A DNA stretch of 12,961 nt from Gemmatimonadota bacterium (lineage in GTDB: Bacteria; Gemmatimonadota; Gemmatimonadetes; Gemmatimonadales; GWC2-71-9), in NCBI GenBank assembly GCA_039586365.1, contig JBDHKN010000112.1, positions 1 to 12,961 of the forward strand. The letters run 5' to 3'. Each line of letters begins with the position of its first letter. The first letter of the stretch is position 1. Made by a program: the position numbers and the translations under genes. The notes beneath the pieces are model-generated. The model was given only the letters and a program-made list of their open reading frames with translations, made no database searches and was not told the DNA's origin. Shown piece after piece: positions 1 through 10,025 of this stretch.

Positions 1-1160
1 TAAGCGATGACGCGAAAACGAAAAAAGCGCGGAGGTCTTTACAGACAGCGAGACAGCCCCTACTGGTACGCCGATTACATCGACGCAGACGGTCTCCGCA
101 AGCGGCGCAGCACAGGCAAGACAACCAAGAAGGAAGCCGAACGCGTGCGGGCCAAGTGGCTTAACGAGCGGTCACAGGTCGACAACGACCCATCTTTCAC
201 CGAGCTGGTCTCAGACCTGAAGGCGGACTATGAGGCCAACGCCCACAAGAGCTGGTACCGCGTGAGGCAAGCGCTGACACACCTCGAACCCGCGTTCGGC
301 AATAAGACAGCTAGCCGAATTTCAGCGCGGAGCATTGCTGCTTACCGCAACGCAAGAAGTGATGCGGGGGCGAGACCAGCAACCGTCCGATACGAGCTGG
401 CCGTATTGCAGCGAATGCTGTCAGTCGCACGCGACAACGACAAGCTCGCAGCGATCCCGAAGTTCCCCAGCGTCCGAGTGAACAACGCACGCGAGGAGTA
501 CATAACCGAGGCTGAGTTCGCCGGGCTACTGGTCGAGTTGCCCGAGCATCTGCGCAGCTACATAGCCTTCAGGTATCACAGCGGCTGGCGTGGAAGCGAG
601 ACAGCGAACATCACCTGGGATGATGTCGACTGGGAGAACGGACTAGTCTGGCTCCGGCGCGGTACCACGAAGAACGATGAGCCTCGGGCATTTCCCTTTG
701 CCAACTTCCCTGCCCTTCGCTCAGTACTGGAGCAGCAACGGAAGTACACCGATAACTGCGAGCGGAGAGTCGGCGGTGACATTCCGTGGCTCTTCCATCG
801 GAACGGAAACAAACTCAAGCACTACCGCCGCTCCTGGATTCAGGCGTGCAAACGAGTGGGCGCTATCGGTAAGGACGGCCAGCCAAAGGTCCCACACGAC
901 CTGCGTCGCAGCGCAGCTCGTCGAATGGAGCAAGCTGGAATACCTCGCAGCATCTCTCGCCGACTCATCGGCCACAAGACCGAGAGCGTGTTTCAACGCT
1001 ACGCAGTGGTCGCCTCAGACGATCTTCGCCAGGGAACGGAGAAGCTCGCGGCTCTAGACGCTCCGATTAGGCATACTATAGGCATAGTGGGGCGCTCAGA
1101 GCACCAAGAAGGGGCTCCCGCTGAAACGAGAACACCTTGGGAAGTAAGGACTTATGAAGA
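1..1160. mobile_element. Right end of an integrative element/prophage inserted at the 3' end of tRNA-Met
   Basis: Integrase abuts and overlaps a tRNA 3' end, and housekeeping genes begin on the other side of the tRNA. The second att copy is not in the window, so the exact boundary is inferred. Confidence 0.75.
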
Positions 1161-1215
1161 TAGCGGAGGAGGGTCTCGAACCCCCGACACGCGGATTATG
1201 ATTCCGCTGCTCTAA
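7..1215 (+). CDS. int: Tyrosine recombinase / phage-type integrase
   Basis: 402 aa ORF. Basic N-terminal arm-binding-like segment (YWYADYIDADGLRKRRSTGKTTKKEA), core-binding-like region, and a full catalytic set: R195 (SGWRGSE), K222 (TTKN), H297-x-x-R300 (HDLRR), H323 (LIGHK), Y332 (FQRY). Points at the 3' end of a tRNA gene. Confidence 0.95.
   Translation: MTRKRKKRGGLYRQRDSPYWYADYIDADGLRKRRSTGKTTKKEAERVRAKWLNERSQVDNDPSFTELVSDLKADYEANAHKSWYRVRQALTHLEPAFGNKTASRISARSIAAYRNARSDAGARPATVRYELAVLQRMLSVARDNDKLAAIPKFPSVRVNNAREEYITEAEFAGLLVELPEHLRSYIAFRYHSGWRGSETANITWDDVDWENGLVWLRRGTTKNDEPRAFPFANFPALRSVLEQQRKYTDNCERRVGGDIPWLFHRNGNKLKHYRRSWIQACKRVGAIGKDGQPKVPHDLRRSAARRMEQAGIPRSISRRLIGHKTESVFQRYAVVASDDLRQGTEKLAALDAPIRHTIGIVGRSEHQEGAPAETRTPWEVRTYEDSGGGSRTPDTRIMIPLL
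1068..1088 (+). repeat. TAGGCATA direct repeat pair, putative integrase arm-type binding sites
   Basis: TAGGCATACT (1068-1077) and TAGGCATAGT (1079-1088), 11-bp period, ~75-95 bp from the tRNA 3' end. Function is inferred from position. Confidence 0.5.
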
Positions 1216-1234
1216 CCAGCTGAGCTACTCCGCC
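1161..1234 (-). tRNA. tRNA-Met (CAT), elongator-type; CCA not encoded
   Basis: Reverse complement GGCGGAG TA GCTC AGCTGGTTA GAGC A GCGGA ATCATAA TCCGC GTGTC GGGGG TTCGAGA CCCTC CTCCGCT A folds into a full cloverleaf. Anticodon CAT at 1200-1198. Lacks the initiator hallmarks (C1-A72 mismatch, three consecutive G-C pairs in the anticodon stem). Ile2(CAT) is not formally excluded. Confidence 0.93.
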
Positions 1235-1239
1235 ACAAA

Positions 1240-1404
1240 GACCGCCCCTCACCCCACACCCCCCGGCGGTAACCCCACACCACACCACCACCCCAGGCGG
1301 TACCCACCCTTCCCAGCAACCCCACCGACGGTAGCAGGCGGTAGCACGTTGTCCGCCCTTTACCGCCTTTTACCGCCCTTTACCGCCCTTTCTGTTCCGC
1401 CCTT
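1240..1404. repeat. GGCGGTA / TACCGCC inverted and tandem repeat cluster
   Basis: G(G/A)CGGTA at 1265, 1296, 1327 and 1337. Its complement TACCGCC at 1361, 1371 and 1381 within a 10-mer tandem CCGCC(C/T)TTT(A/C) at 1353-1392. Degenerate copies near 1240, 1351 and 1395. Confidence 0.85.
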
Positions 1405-1411
1405 GCGACAT

Positions 1412-1436
1412 AACCTAACAAGCCCCCGCCCCGCCG

Positions 1437-1440
<4 letters not shown>
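1412..1440 (-). promoter_or_regulatory. Putative sigma70 promoter for tRNA-Met
   Basis: Minus strand GTGACG (1440-1435), 17-bp spacer, TAGGTT (1417-1412), with an extended -10 TGn (TG at 1420-1419). It is a short AT-richer patch in a GC-rich spacer, oriented toward the tRNA. Confidence 0.45.
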
Positions 1441-3739
<2,299 letters not shown>

Positions 3740-3740
<1 letters not shown>

Positions 3741-4669
3741 TAGAAGTGACTAAATCCTGCCGGCAGGTCGACCTCCCTTCCCTCGCGCCACAGCGACACA
3801 CCCGCTCCGCTCTCGACGCGGCCAACTGCGGTAAGCGGCACGTCGAAGGCTTGCTCGAACTCCCGGCCGAGGTCTACGGCAGTTGGCAGCGCAAGCAGCA
3901 ACTCGAATTCCTCGCCGCCTATCAGGGCCATCTCTGCCTCCGTTCCGGGATGGACCGGCACTCGACCACCCTCGACTAGGCACCGCACACCCGAGGCGGC
4001 TGCGATATGCCCGGCGTCGGCAACGAGCCCGTCGCTCAGGTCGATCATGGCCTTCGCACCCCGCTCCGCCAACCAAAGCGCCTCTCTCGTTCGCGGTTGC
4101 GGTCGCGCGAACCTGGCACGCACCGCCGCCTCAGGCTCGTCACCCGCCCGCCACGCACTCACTGCCGCTCGCGGTCCACCCAACCGGCCGGTGACCCACA
4201 GCCGGTCCCCTACCCTCGCCCCACCTCGCAGCACCGGCGTCGCGACACGGCCGACTACTGCGACATCCACTACCACACGTTCGCTGCGAACCAGATCGCC
4301 GCCCCAAACGACGGCACCAACTGATCCGGCCACCTCCCCAACCCCTCTCATTAGAGTTGCCACGAACTCGTCAGGCCGTTCGGGCGGGACTCCCAGGCTC
4401 ACCAGCAACCCTGCCGGCTCCGCGGCGACCGCAGCCAAATCAGACAGAGCCGCAGCAGCGGCCCGCCACCCTATCTCAGCGGGTTCGAGCCATTCCGCAA
4501 GGAAATGGACTCCCTCGAGCGCTAGGTCCGTGGAGATAGCGAGCTGCTCAGTACCGACCCGAACGATGGCGCAGTCGTCGCCCCCACCGGCGGCCCGGTC
4601 TCCCAGCGCCCGCCAGATCGCACGGATCTTGTCGAATTCGGGACCTGTGCCGAGGGGCTTGAGATTCAT
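3740..4669 (-). CDS. thiL: Thiamine-monophosphate kinase
   Basis: Motifs GDDCA, STD, LSDLAA, GGD, VTGRLG, IDLSDGLVAD, GGEEFEL and C-terminal GFSHF. ATG at 4669 overlaps the upstream stop (ATGA). Confidence 0.95.
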
Positions 4670-6369
4670 CGGCAACGGGGAGCGGGGAGCGGTGAGCAGG
4701 GAGCGGTGACCGGGCTCTCTGCTCCCAGCTCCCGGCTCCCTGCTCCCCGCTCCCTGCTCTCTGCTCCCGGTTCACTGCTCACCGCTCCCCGCTCAAACCT
4801 CACCAACCCCCCGTCCGTCGCTACCCAGAGATACTGCTCGTCCACGGCCAAGTCACGAACCACGCCCGGGAGATCACCGGGGGTGTCGAAAAAAATGAAC
4901 TGCCGGGTCGAGAAACGGTACGACGCTATGCCACGCTCACCTCCCACCCAGATCCCACCGGCGTCACCCACCAACGCCGTGAGCGTCCCAAGTCGACCGG
5001 AAATGGGACGCTCGACCGTCCAACCGCCTCCCCGCTCCCCGCTCCCCGCTCCCCGCCACACAACCCCATCTCTCGTCGCCACGACCAGGGTGTCGTCACT
5101 GAAGGCCAAGGCAACAATCGGTTGACCTAGTTCCGCGACCTGGGCCACTCCAGTGGGCACCACGATACGATCTTCACTGGGTACCAGCAAACCGATCCCG
5201 GATTGGGTCCCGACCCAAACTGTGTCCCCGCGGGCTGCGAGCGCGACCACAGTACCAGCATAACCTCCGACTCGATCGACCGGCCCAGCGTCCGTGATGA
5301 AGGCCAGTCCACGGTCGGTACCGGCCCACACACCACCCTCGGCTGCGGCTAATGAATACACCCGGTCACCCGGAAGTCCTGCGTTTCTCGCCACGCGCCG
5401 CACTTCGCGGCCGCCATCTGTCAGCAACACACCGGTCTCACTAGCAGCCCAGAGCTTGCCGGCGTGGTAGCACACAGTCCGCACGATCCCAGCCGGTCCG
5501 AGATTCCCCGCGCCCTCCACGAATTCGAACCGCTGCAGATCCGAGCCTACGAATGTGAGGCCCGAACGACCCCCAAGACCGCCGCTGCCGACCCAGACAC
5601 CACCCGGTACCACTGCGAGCCCCCCGGCACCCGACCCCAACAACCCGAACCGCAGCGATTCGGACTCGCTGGTGGCAGCGTCGAATCGCAGCAGCCCCAA
5701 CCCATCGGTGCCGATGAACACCTCGTCAGTACCGGGCACAGTGGCAGCCGCCGTATACGCATAGGTTCTCATCCGCTGGTCGGTCAGGATCCCCGCTCGC
5801 ATCGTACTCAGGTACGGGAAACGCCTCAGCACCTCCTCGACGGTCGACGGGCGCACTTGCCGGTCTGCAGGGGGGAGTGACCGTGCCGGCTGCGCAATCG
5901 TCCCTCCGCGCGGCAGAAACCGCCAGTCGGAACCCACGCGGACGTAGATGCCGGCGAAGGCATCCGCACGATCGAACATGAGCTGAGTCGCTCTACCAAC
6001 ATCCCAGACGGATTCGAAGCGGTGCAGCTGGGGCGTGTAGTTGATCAAGCCCAGCTCGGTGGCCAGCCATAGGGATCGATCGGTCGGATCAACCAGTGCG
6101 GCCCAAGTCCGCTGCGGGTCGAAACCGTCCACTCGCGTGACCGGCGGCAGCCAACGCCGAAAGCGCGGATCGTACACGCCGATTCCACCGCGCGTCACGA
6201 CGTATACGATGGTCTCGTCTGCGGCTACCGCGTCCACCACCCCAAAATCAGTCAACACGACTCGCTCTTCGGGACGCCACAGCCGCGAGCCACGCTGCGC
6301 CTCGAGACCTCCCGCTAGCGCAAGAACAAGCAGGACAACCGATGTGCTACGGGGAAGCGGTCTGATCAC
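4666..6369 (-). CDS. Secreted hypothetical protein, probable beta-propeller (two-component-regulator-propeller-like repeats)
   Basis: GTG at 6369 overlaps the nnr stop (GTGA). Signal-peptide-like N-terminus (MIRPLPRSTSVVLLVLALAGGLEA|Q). Recurrent blade motifs LWLATELGL, VFIGTDGLGL, VWAGTDRGL, VWVGTQSGI, IWVGGERGI, LWVATDGGL. Confidence 0.8.
   Translation of the reverse strand: MIRPLPRSTSVVLLVLALAGGLEAQRGSRLWRPEERVVLTDFGVVDAVAADETIVYVVTRGGIGVYDPRFRRWLPPVTRVDGFDPQRTWAALVDPTDRSLWLATELGLINYTPQLHRFESVWDVGRATQLMFDRADAFAGIYVRVGSDWRFLPRGGTIAQPARSLPPADRQVRPSTVEEVLRRFPYLSTMRAGILTDQRMRTYAYTAAATVPGTDEVFIGTDGLGLLRFDAATSESESLRFGLLGSGAGGLAVVPGGVWVGSGGLGGRSGLTFVGSDLQRFEFVEGAGNLGPAGIVRTVCYHAGKLWAASETGVLLTDGGREVRRVARNAGLPGDRVYSLAAAEGGVWAGTDRGLAFITDAGPVDRVGGYAGTVVALAARGDTVWVGTQSGIGLLVPSEDRIVVPTGVAQVAELGQPIVALAFSDDTLVVATRDGVVWRGAGSGERGGGWTVERPISGRLGTLTALVGDAGGIWVGGERGIASYRFSTRQFIFFDTPGDLPGVVRDLAVDEQYLWVATDGGLVRFERGAVSSEPGAESRERGAGSRELGAESPVTAPCSPLPAPRCR
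4677..4794. repeat. Inverted arrays of 7-bp tandem repeats (GGGGAGC / GCTCCCN)
   Basis: Five GGGGAGC-like units (4677-4711) followed by eleven GCTCCCN-like units plus a partial one (4714-4794). 4680-4699 and 4775-4794 form a perfect 20-bp inverted repeat. Confidence 0.93.
5027..5056. repeat. Second GCTCCCC heptamer tandem
   Basis: CCTCCCC followed by three perfect GCTCCCC units (5034-5054, 21 nt) inside the propeller CDS. Confidence 0.85.
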
Positions 6370-7934
6370 ACCAGGGCCGGCGGCTCCAACTCCAACAGCA
6401 CAGGTGGCCGTGGCGGTGGCGGCTCGGCCAACACCTTCCACAGCTCCGGCAAGGCCTTGACCACGTCCCCGGGCCGCGCGGACCGCACCGCATAGTTGGC
6501 GGAGGCGAGTTCGGCACCCCGGCCAAGCACGTGTGCACCGAGGGCGGCTGCATCCTGTAGCGTGAGGCCGCGGGCCAGGAATGCACCGATGAATCCCGCC
6601 AGCAGGTCGCCGCTGCCTCCTGTGGCCAGAGCCGGATTGCCTGAGGTCACCACCCGAGTTGCGGCACCTGATTGAGCGATTACCGTAGGGACTCCCTTGA
6701 GCAACACGACCGGAGGGTCACACGTGGCCTGAGCGGCAGAGGCTGCGTTGGCGGCTGAGGCGGCCAGAGCGCAGGCGGTGAACCGATCCGACTCGACCTC
6801 GTCCGCCATGGCGACGAACGCCGCGCGGAACTCGCCTGGATGAGGCGTGAACACTCGTGGGGCCGTCCCGCTCGTGAGCACCTCGAAGCCGGTGTGGAGA
6901 GCGTCGGCATCGACGACGACAGGCTGCTCCACCCTTTCGAGCAGGGCTCGCACGAATGCTGTGCGCGCTTCCCCGCGACCCAGGCCTGGACCCAACACTA
7001 CCGCGTCAGCCCAGTCGATGGCTTGGGCCAGGTCGTGCTCGATTTCCGGCCCCAGATCGGTGCGGACGGTCAACGCGTCGGGGAGCAGCTCCTGAGCAGC
7101 TTGGATGGTAACGTCGTGCGCTGCAATTTTGGCCAAGCCAGCTCCACCGGCCAGAGCAGTGTTGGCGGCATGGATGACCGCCCCCGCCATGCCATGATCG
7201 CCACCTATCACCAGGACCCGGCCGCGATCCCCCTTGTGCATGGCCGCCTCTAACGGTGGCAACACCGAACCAGCCCACCGGTCGTCGACCAAGATCGGCC
7301 ATTCCGCCCAAGCAGGTGGGAAACCGATCTCAGCCACCACGATTCGCCCGCACCACGAGCGCGCGAGCAGGTGTCCTCGCCGCGCGCCACCGAAAGTGAC
7401 CGTGACGTCGGCTTTGACAGGACCGTGAGCTTCGCCAGTGGAGAGGTCGAGACCGGTGGGCCCATCCACCGCCACGATCGGTGCACCACAGTTGGCCAGG
7501 TTCTGGGCCAGCTCGCCAATTGATCCTCGCGGTTGACCGGACGCACCAGTACCCAGCAACGCATCAACCACAACGCCGACGCCTTGCGGCCAGCGATCAC
7601 TCGCATCGAGCCACTCGACACCGGCGACCAGGGCCAGTTCCCGATTTGCCTCGCAGTCATCCGACCGGGGGCGCTCCTCGTCCATCACCCAAACGGGCAC
7701 ACCGGCAGCGTGCAACGCACGCGCTGCGACCCAACCGTCACCGCCGTTGTTGCCGTGGCCGGCAACGACGAGCACACCGCGGTGCAGCACCGCGGCAAAG
7801 TCCCGGGCGATCACTGAGGCCACGGCGCGGCCGGCAGCATCCATGAGGACCCGGCTCGGGATGTTGGCTTCCACCCGAGCGTACTCATCCCACTTTGCCG
7901 CCTGCACGGCGTCGAGGACCGGAATCTTGATCAC
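6366..7934 (-). CDS. nnr: Bifunctional NAD(P)H-hydrate epimerase/dehydratase (YjeF N + C domains)
   Basis: Epimerase motifs GNNGGDG, VDALLGTG, AVDGPTG. Dehydratase motifs HKGDRG, GPGLG, VDADAL, TPHPGEF, LKG, LATGGSGDLLAG. Confidence 0.96.
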   Translation of the reverse strand: MIKIPVLDAVQAAKWDEYARVEANIPSRVLMDAAGRAVASVIARDFAAVLHRGVLVVAGHGNNGGDGWVAARALHAAGVPVWVMDEERPRSDDCEANRELALVAGVEWLDASDRWPQGVGVVVDALLGTGASGQPRGSIGELAQNLANCGAPIVAVDGPTGLDLSTGEAHGPVKADVTVTFGGARRGHLLARSWCGRIVVAEIGFPPAWAEWPILVDDRWAGSVLPPLEAAMHKGDRGRVLVIGGDHGMAGAVIHAANTALAGGAGLAKIAAHDVTIQAAQELLPDALTVRTDLGPEIEHDLAQAIDWADAVVLGPGLGRGEARTAFVRALLERVEQPVVVDADALHTGFEVLTSGTAPRVFTPHPGEFRAAFVAMADEVESDRFTACALAASAANAASAAQATCDPPVVLLKGVPTVIAQSGAATRVVTSGNPALATGGSGDLLAGFIGAFLARGLTLQDAAALGAHVLGRGAELASANYAVRSARPGDVVKALPELWKVLAEPPPPRPPVLLELEPPALV

Positions 7935-8030
7935 GCTGTAACTCAGTTGAGACTGCCCTGACGGGGGAAAAAGACTCCGCCGCCCACCCCCACCGCCATC
8001 CCGCTCCGGCCTATTGGTACGACGTCGAGA

Positions 8031-8225
8031 CTACTTGAAACTCTGACCGATGGCCCGGCCGAGCGAGATCTCGCCGTTGTCAATCCGGATGTTGAAACCG
8101 CAAGCCGGATTGTTGCATACCCAGGCTTTGTACGTGATCGGAGCACCATCCCGTCCGTAGTCGGAAAGCGGAATCAGCACACCATCGCCGCACTTCTTGC
8201 AGGAGGGAAACTCCTTCAGATCCAT
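8031..8225 (-). CDS. Small hypothetical protein with putative zinc ribbon (CKKC...CNNPAC), 64 aa
   Basis: ATG at 8225 with upstream AGGGAGG. Two Cys pairs, and the same orientation as its neighbours. An alternative TTG start at 8264 overlaps the upstream stop. Confidence 0.75.
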   Translation of the reverse strand: MDLKEFPSCKKCGDGVLIPLSDYGRDGAPITYKAWVCNNPACGFNIRIDNGEISLGRAIGQSFK

Positions 8226-8260
8226 AACTCTACCCGTCCTCCCTGAACTAGCTACAGTGT

Positions 8261-8659
8261 TCAAACACCCCCACCGGTCCGACTCACGCCGGCCCAGGGG
8301 TACTCTACTTCAAAAGCCTCCTCGAAATCGTACACCGCCGCGAAGTCCTCGATGCGGTCCTCATCACGCGGCATCAACATGCCCACATCGATGAGCACGT
8401 AGACTATGGTGCCGAGGTCCGCGGTCGAGCTGATGCCCCAGTGCGACAGCACGGTCCGGGATGTCAGACCGAACTGTTCGCGAGCCAGGTCGCGGCACGC
8501 CCAGGCTAGTTCTTCTCCCGAGATGTGTCCCCGTTCCGGGCGGCGCCGCTGACAATACTCCAGCGCGGCCAACACGAACAGGTATGCCCGCTCGTGATAG
8601 CGACCGTCAATTGCCCGGATTCGGTCCAGTAGCTCGCTAGCCAGTTGTAACTCGAACAC
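8261..8659 (-). CDS. Conserved hypothetical protein, Minf_1886-like family
   Basis: Pattern RY...AYLFVLAAL...HISGEEL...R.LA.EQFG....VL..WGI.ST.DLG.IVY.LID.G......D..EDF matches my recollection of the Minf_1886 (TIGR04138) family. No search was run. Confidence 0.78.
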   Translation of the reverse strand: MFELQLASELLDRIRAIDGRYHERAYLFVLAALEYCQRRRPERGHISGEELAWACRDLAREQFGLTSRTVLSHWGISSTADLGTIVYVLIDVGMLMPRDEDRIEDFAAVYDFEEAFEVEYPWAGVSRTGGGV

Positions 8660-8701
8660 GATAGTAAGGTGAGATGCTCAGCCCAAACGAGCAAGTACCC
8701 C

Positions 8702-9976
8702 CTACCTTGCTGCCGTGGCACGGTCCGTGTACAGGGGGAACTGCAGAGCCAACTCCCTTACCTCGCGGCCGACCCGCTCGATCGTGGCGTCAGCCATGTT
8801 GCCCAGAACGGTATCGATGAACTCCACCACCCGAACCATCTCGGCCGTACCCATGCCGCGGCTGGTGAGCGCCGGCGTGCCGATGCGCAGTCCGCTGGTC
8901 ACAAAGGGTGACTGGGGGTCACCTGGGACCGTGTTCTTGTTGACGTGGATGCCGGCGCGGCCCAGCGCCTGCTCGGCAACCTTGCCCGTGAGTCCCTGAG
9001 CCCTCAGATCCACCAACACGAGGTGCGTGTCGGTGCCGCCCGAGACCAGATCGTAGCCTCGCGCAGTCAGGGCTTCCGCCAGCGTGGCGGCGTTCGCTAC
9101 GATTTGCGCAGCGTACTGCTTGAAAGATGGCTGCAGCGCCTCGTGGAACCCCACCGCTTTCGCTGCAATCACGTGTTCCAGAGGCCCACCCTGGATTCCC
9201 GGGAAGATGCTCCGGTCGATTGCCTTGGCATGTTCCTCCCGACACAGGATGAACCCGCCCCGCGGGCCGCGCAGTGTTTTGTGAGTCGTACTGGTCACCA
9301 CTGCGGCATGGGGCACCGGCGAAGGGTGCACGCCCCCGGCGATTAGCCCAGCCGTGTGGGCCATATCGATCACCAGCGTCGCTTCTACCTCTCGCGCGAT
9401 GTCAGCAAAGGCCGCGAAATCGATGAACCGGGGGTAGGCGCTGCCACCGGCCACGATCACCTTGGGCTGCTCGCGGCGGGCGAGCTCCCTCACGGCGTCG
9501 AGGTCAATTAGCCCCGTCTTCAGGTCCACACCGTACTGCACCGACCTGAACAGCTTGCCGCTGGAACTGACCGGAGACCCATGCGTCAGGTGACCGCCGT
9601 CGGAAAGCCGCATGCCCATCAGGGTGTCTCCCGGCTGCATCAAGGCATGGTACACCGCACTGTTTGCCTGGGTACCGCTGTGCGGTTGAACGTTGGCGTG
9701 CTCCGCCCGAAACAACTCCAGCACCCGATCGATCGCCAGCTGTTCCACCTGGTCGACCACGTCACAACCGCCGTAGTACCGCTTGCGGGGATATCCCTCC
9801 GCGTACTTGTTAGTGAGTTCAGATCCCATTGCTTCGAGAACCGCACGGGATGTGAAGTTCTCTGAGGCGATGAGTTCCAGCCCTTCCTCCTGACGCGCTA
9901 CTTCTCGCCGTATCAGTTCGAAGACGACCGGATCGCCTTGCTCCAGGTGTAGTCGCTGGTCGGCTGTTCCTGTCAT
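8702..9976 (-). CDS. glyA: Serine hydroxymethyltransferase
   Basis: Motifs [33 protein letters not shown]-lysine motif [27 protein letters not shown]. Confidence 0.99.
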   Translation of the reverse strand: MTGTADQRLHLEQGDPVVFELIRREVARQEEGLELIASENFTSRAVLEAMGSELTNKYAEGYPRKRYYGGCDVVDQVEQLAIDRVLELFRAEHANVQPHSGTQANSAVYHALMQPGDTLMGMRLSDGGHLTHGSPVSSSGKLFRSVQYGVDLKTGLIDLDAVRELARREQPKVIVAGGSAYPRFIDFAAFADIAREVEATLVIDMAHTAGLIAGGVHPSPVPHAAVVTSTTHKTLRGPRGGFILCREEHAKAIDRSIFPGIQGGPLEHVIAAKAVGFHEALQPSFKQYAAQIVANAATLAEALTARGYDLVSGGTDTHLVLVDLRAQGLTGKVAEQALGRAGIHVNKNTVPGDPQSPFVTSGLRIGTPALTSRGMGTAEMVRVVEFIDTVLGNMADATIERVGREVRELALQFPLYTDRATAAR

Positions 9977-10025
9977 AGTTCGGACTATGGCACCCTTTCC
10001 TTGCTGTCGCTAGAAAGCAGATCGC

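Noticed and set aside
1251..1392. Possible mini-CRISPR array (31-bp period)
   Set aside because: The conserved unit is only ~7 bp, the spacers are low-complexity, and there are no cas genes in the window.
4548..4775. 75-aa ORF made of the heptamer repeats
   Set aside because: It is an alternate-frame translation of the repeat array that overlaps thiL and the propeller gene.
6733..6764. 18-nt imperfect duplication encoding AASAAN/AASAAQ in nnr
   Set aside because: Short in-frame Ala-rich loop expansion, most likely neutral.
7935..8030. Terminator or riboswitch between the zinc-ribbon gene and nnr; 68-aa ORF 7943-8149
   Set aside because: The T-run is not preceded by a convincing stem, no TPP or other aptamer consensus is visible, and the ORF overlaps the better-supported Cys-rich gene.
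8244..8263. TGAAC-N10-GTTCA palindrome upstream of the zinc-ribbon gene
   Set aside because: The arms are only 5 bp and there is a single copy, so it cannot be distinguished from chance.
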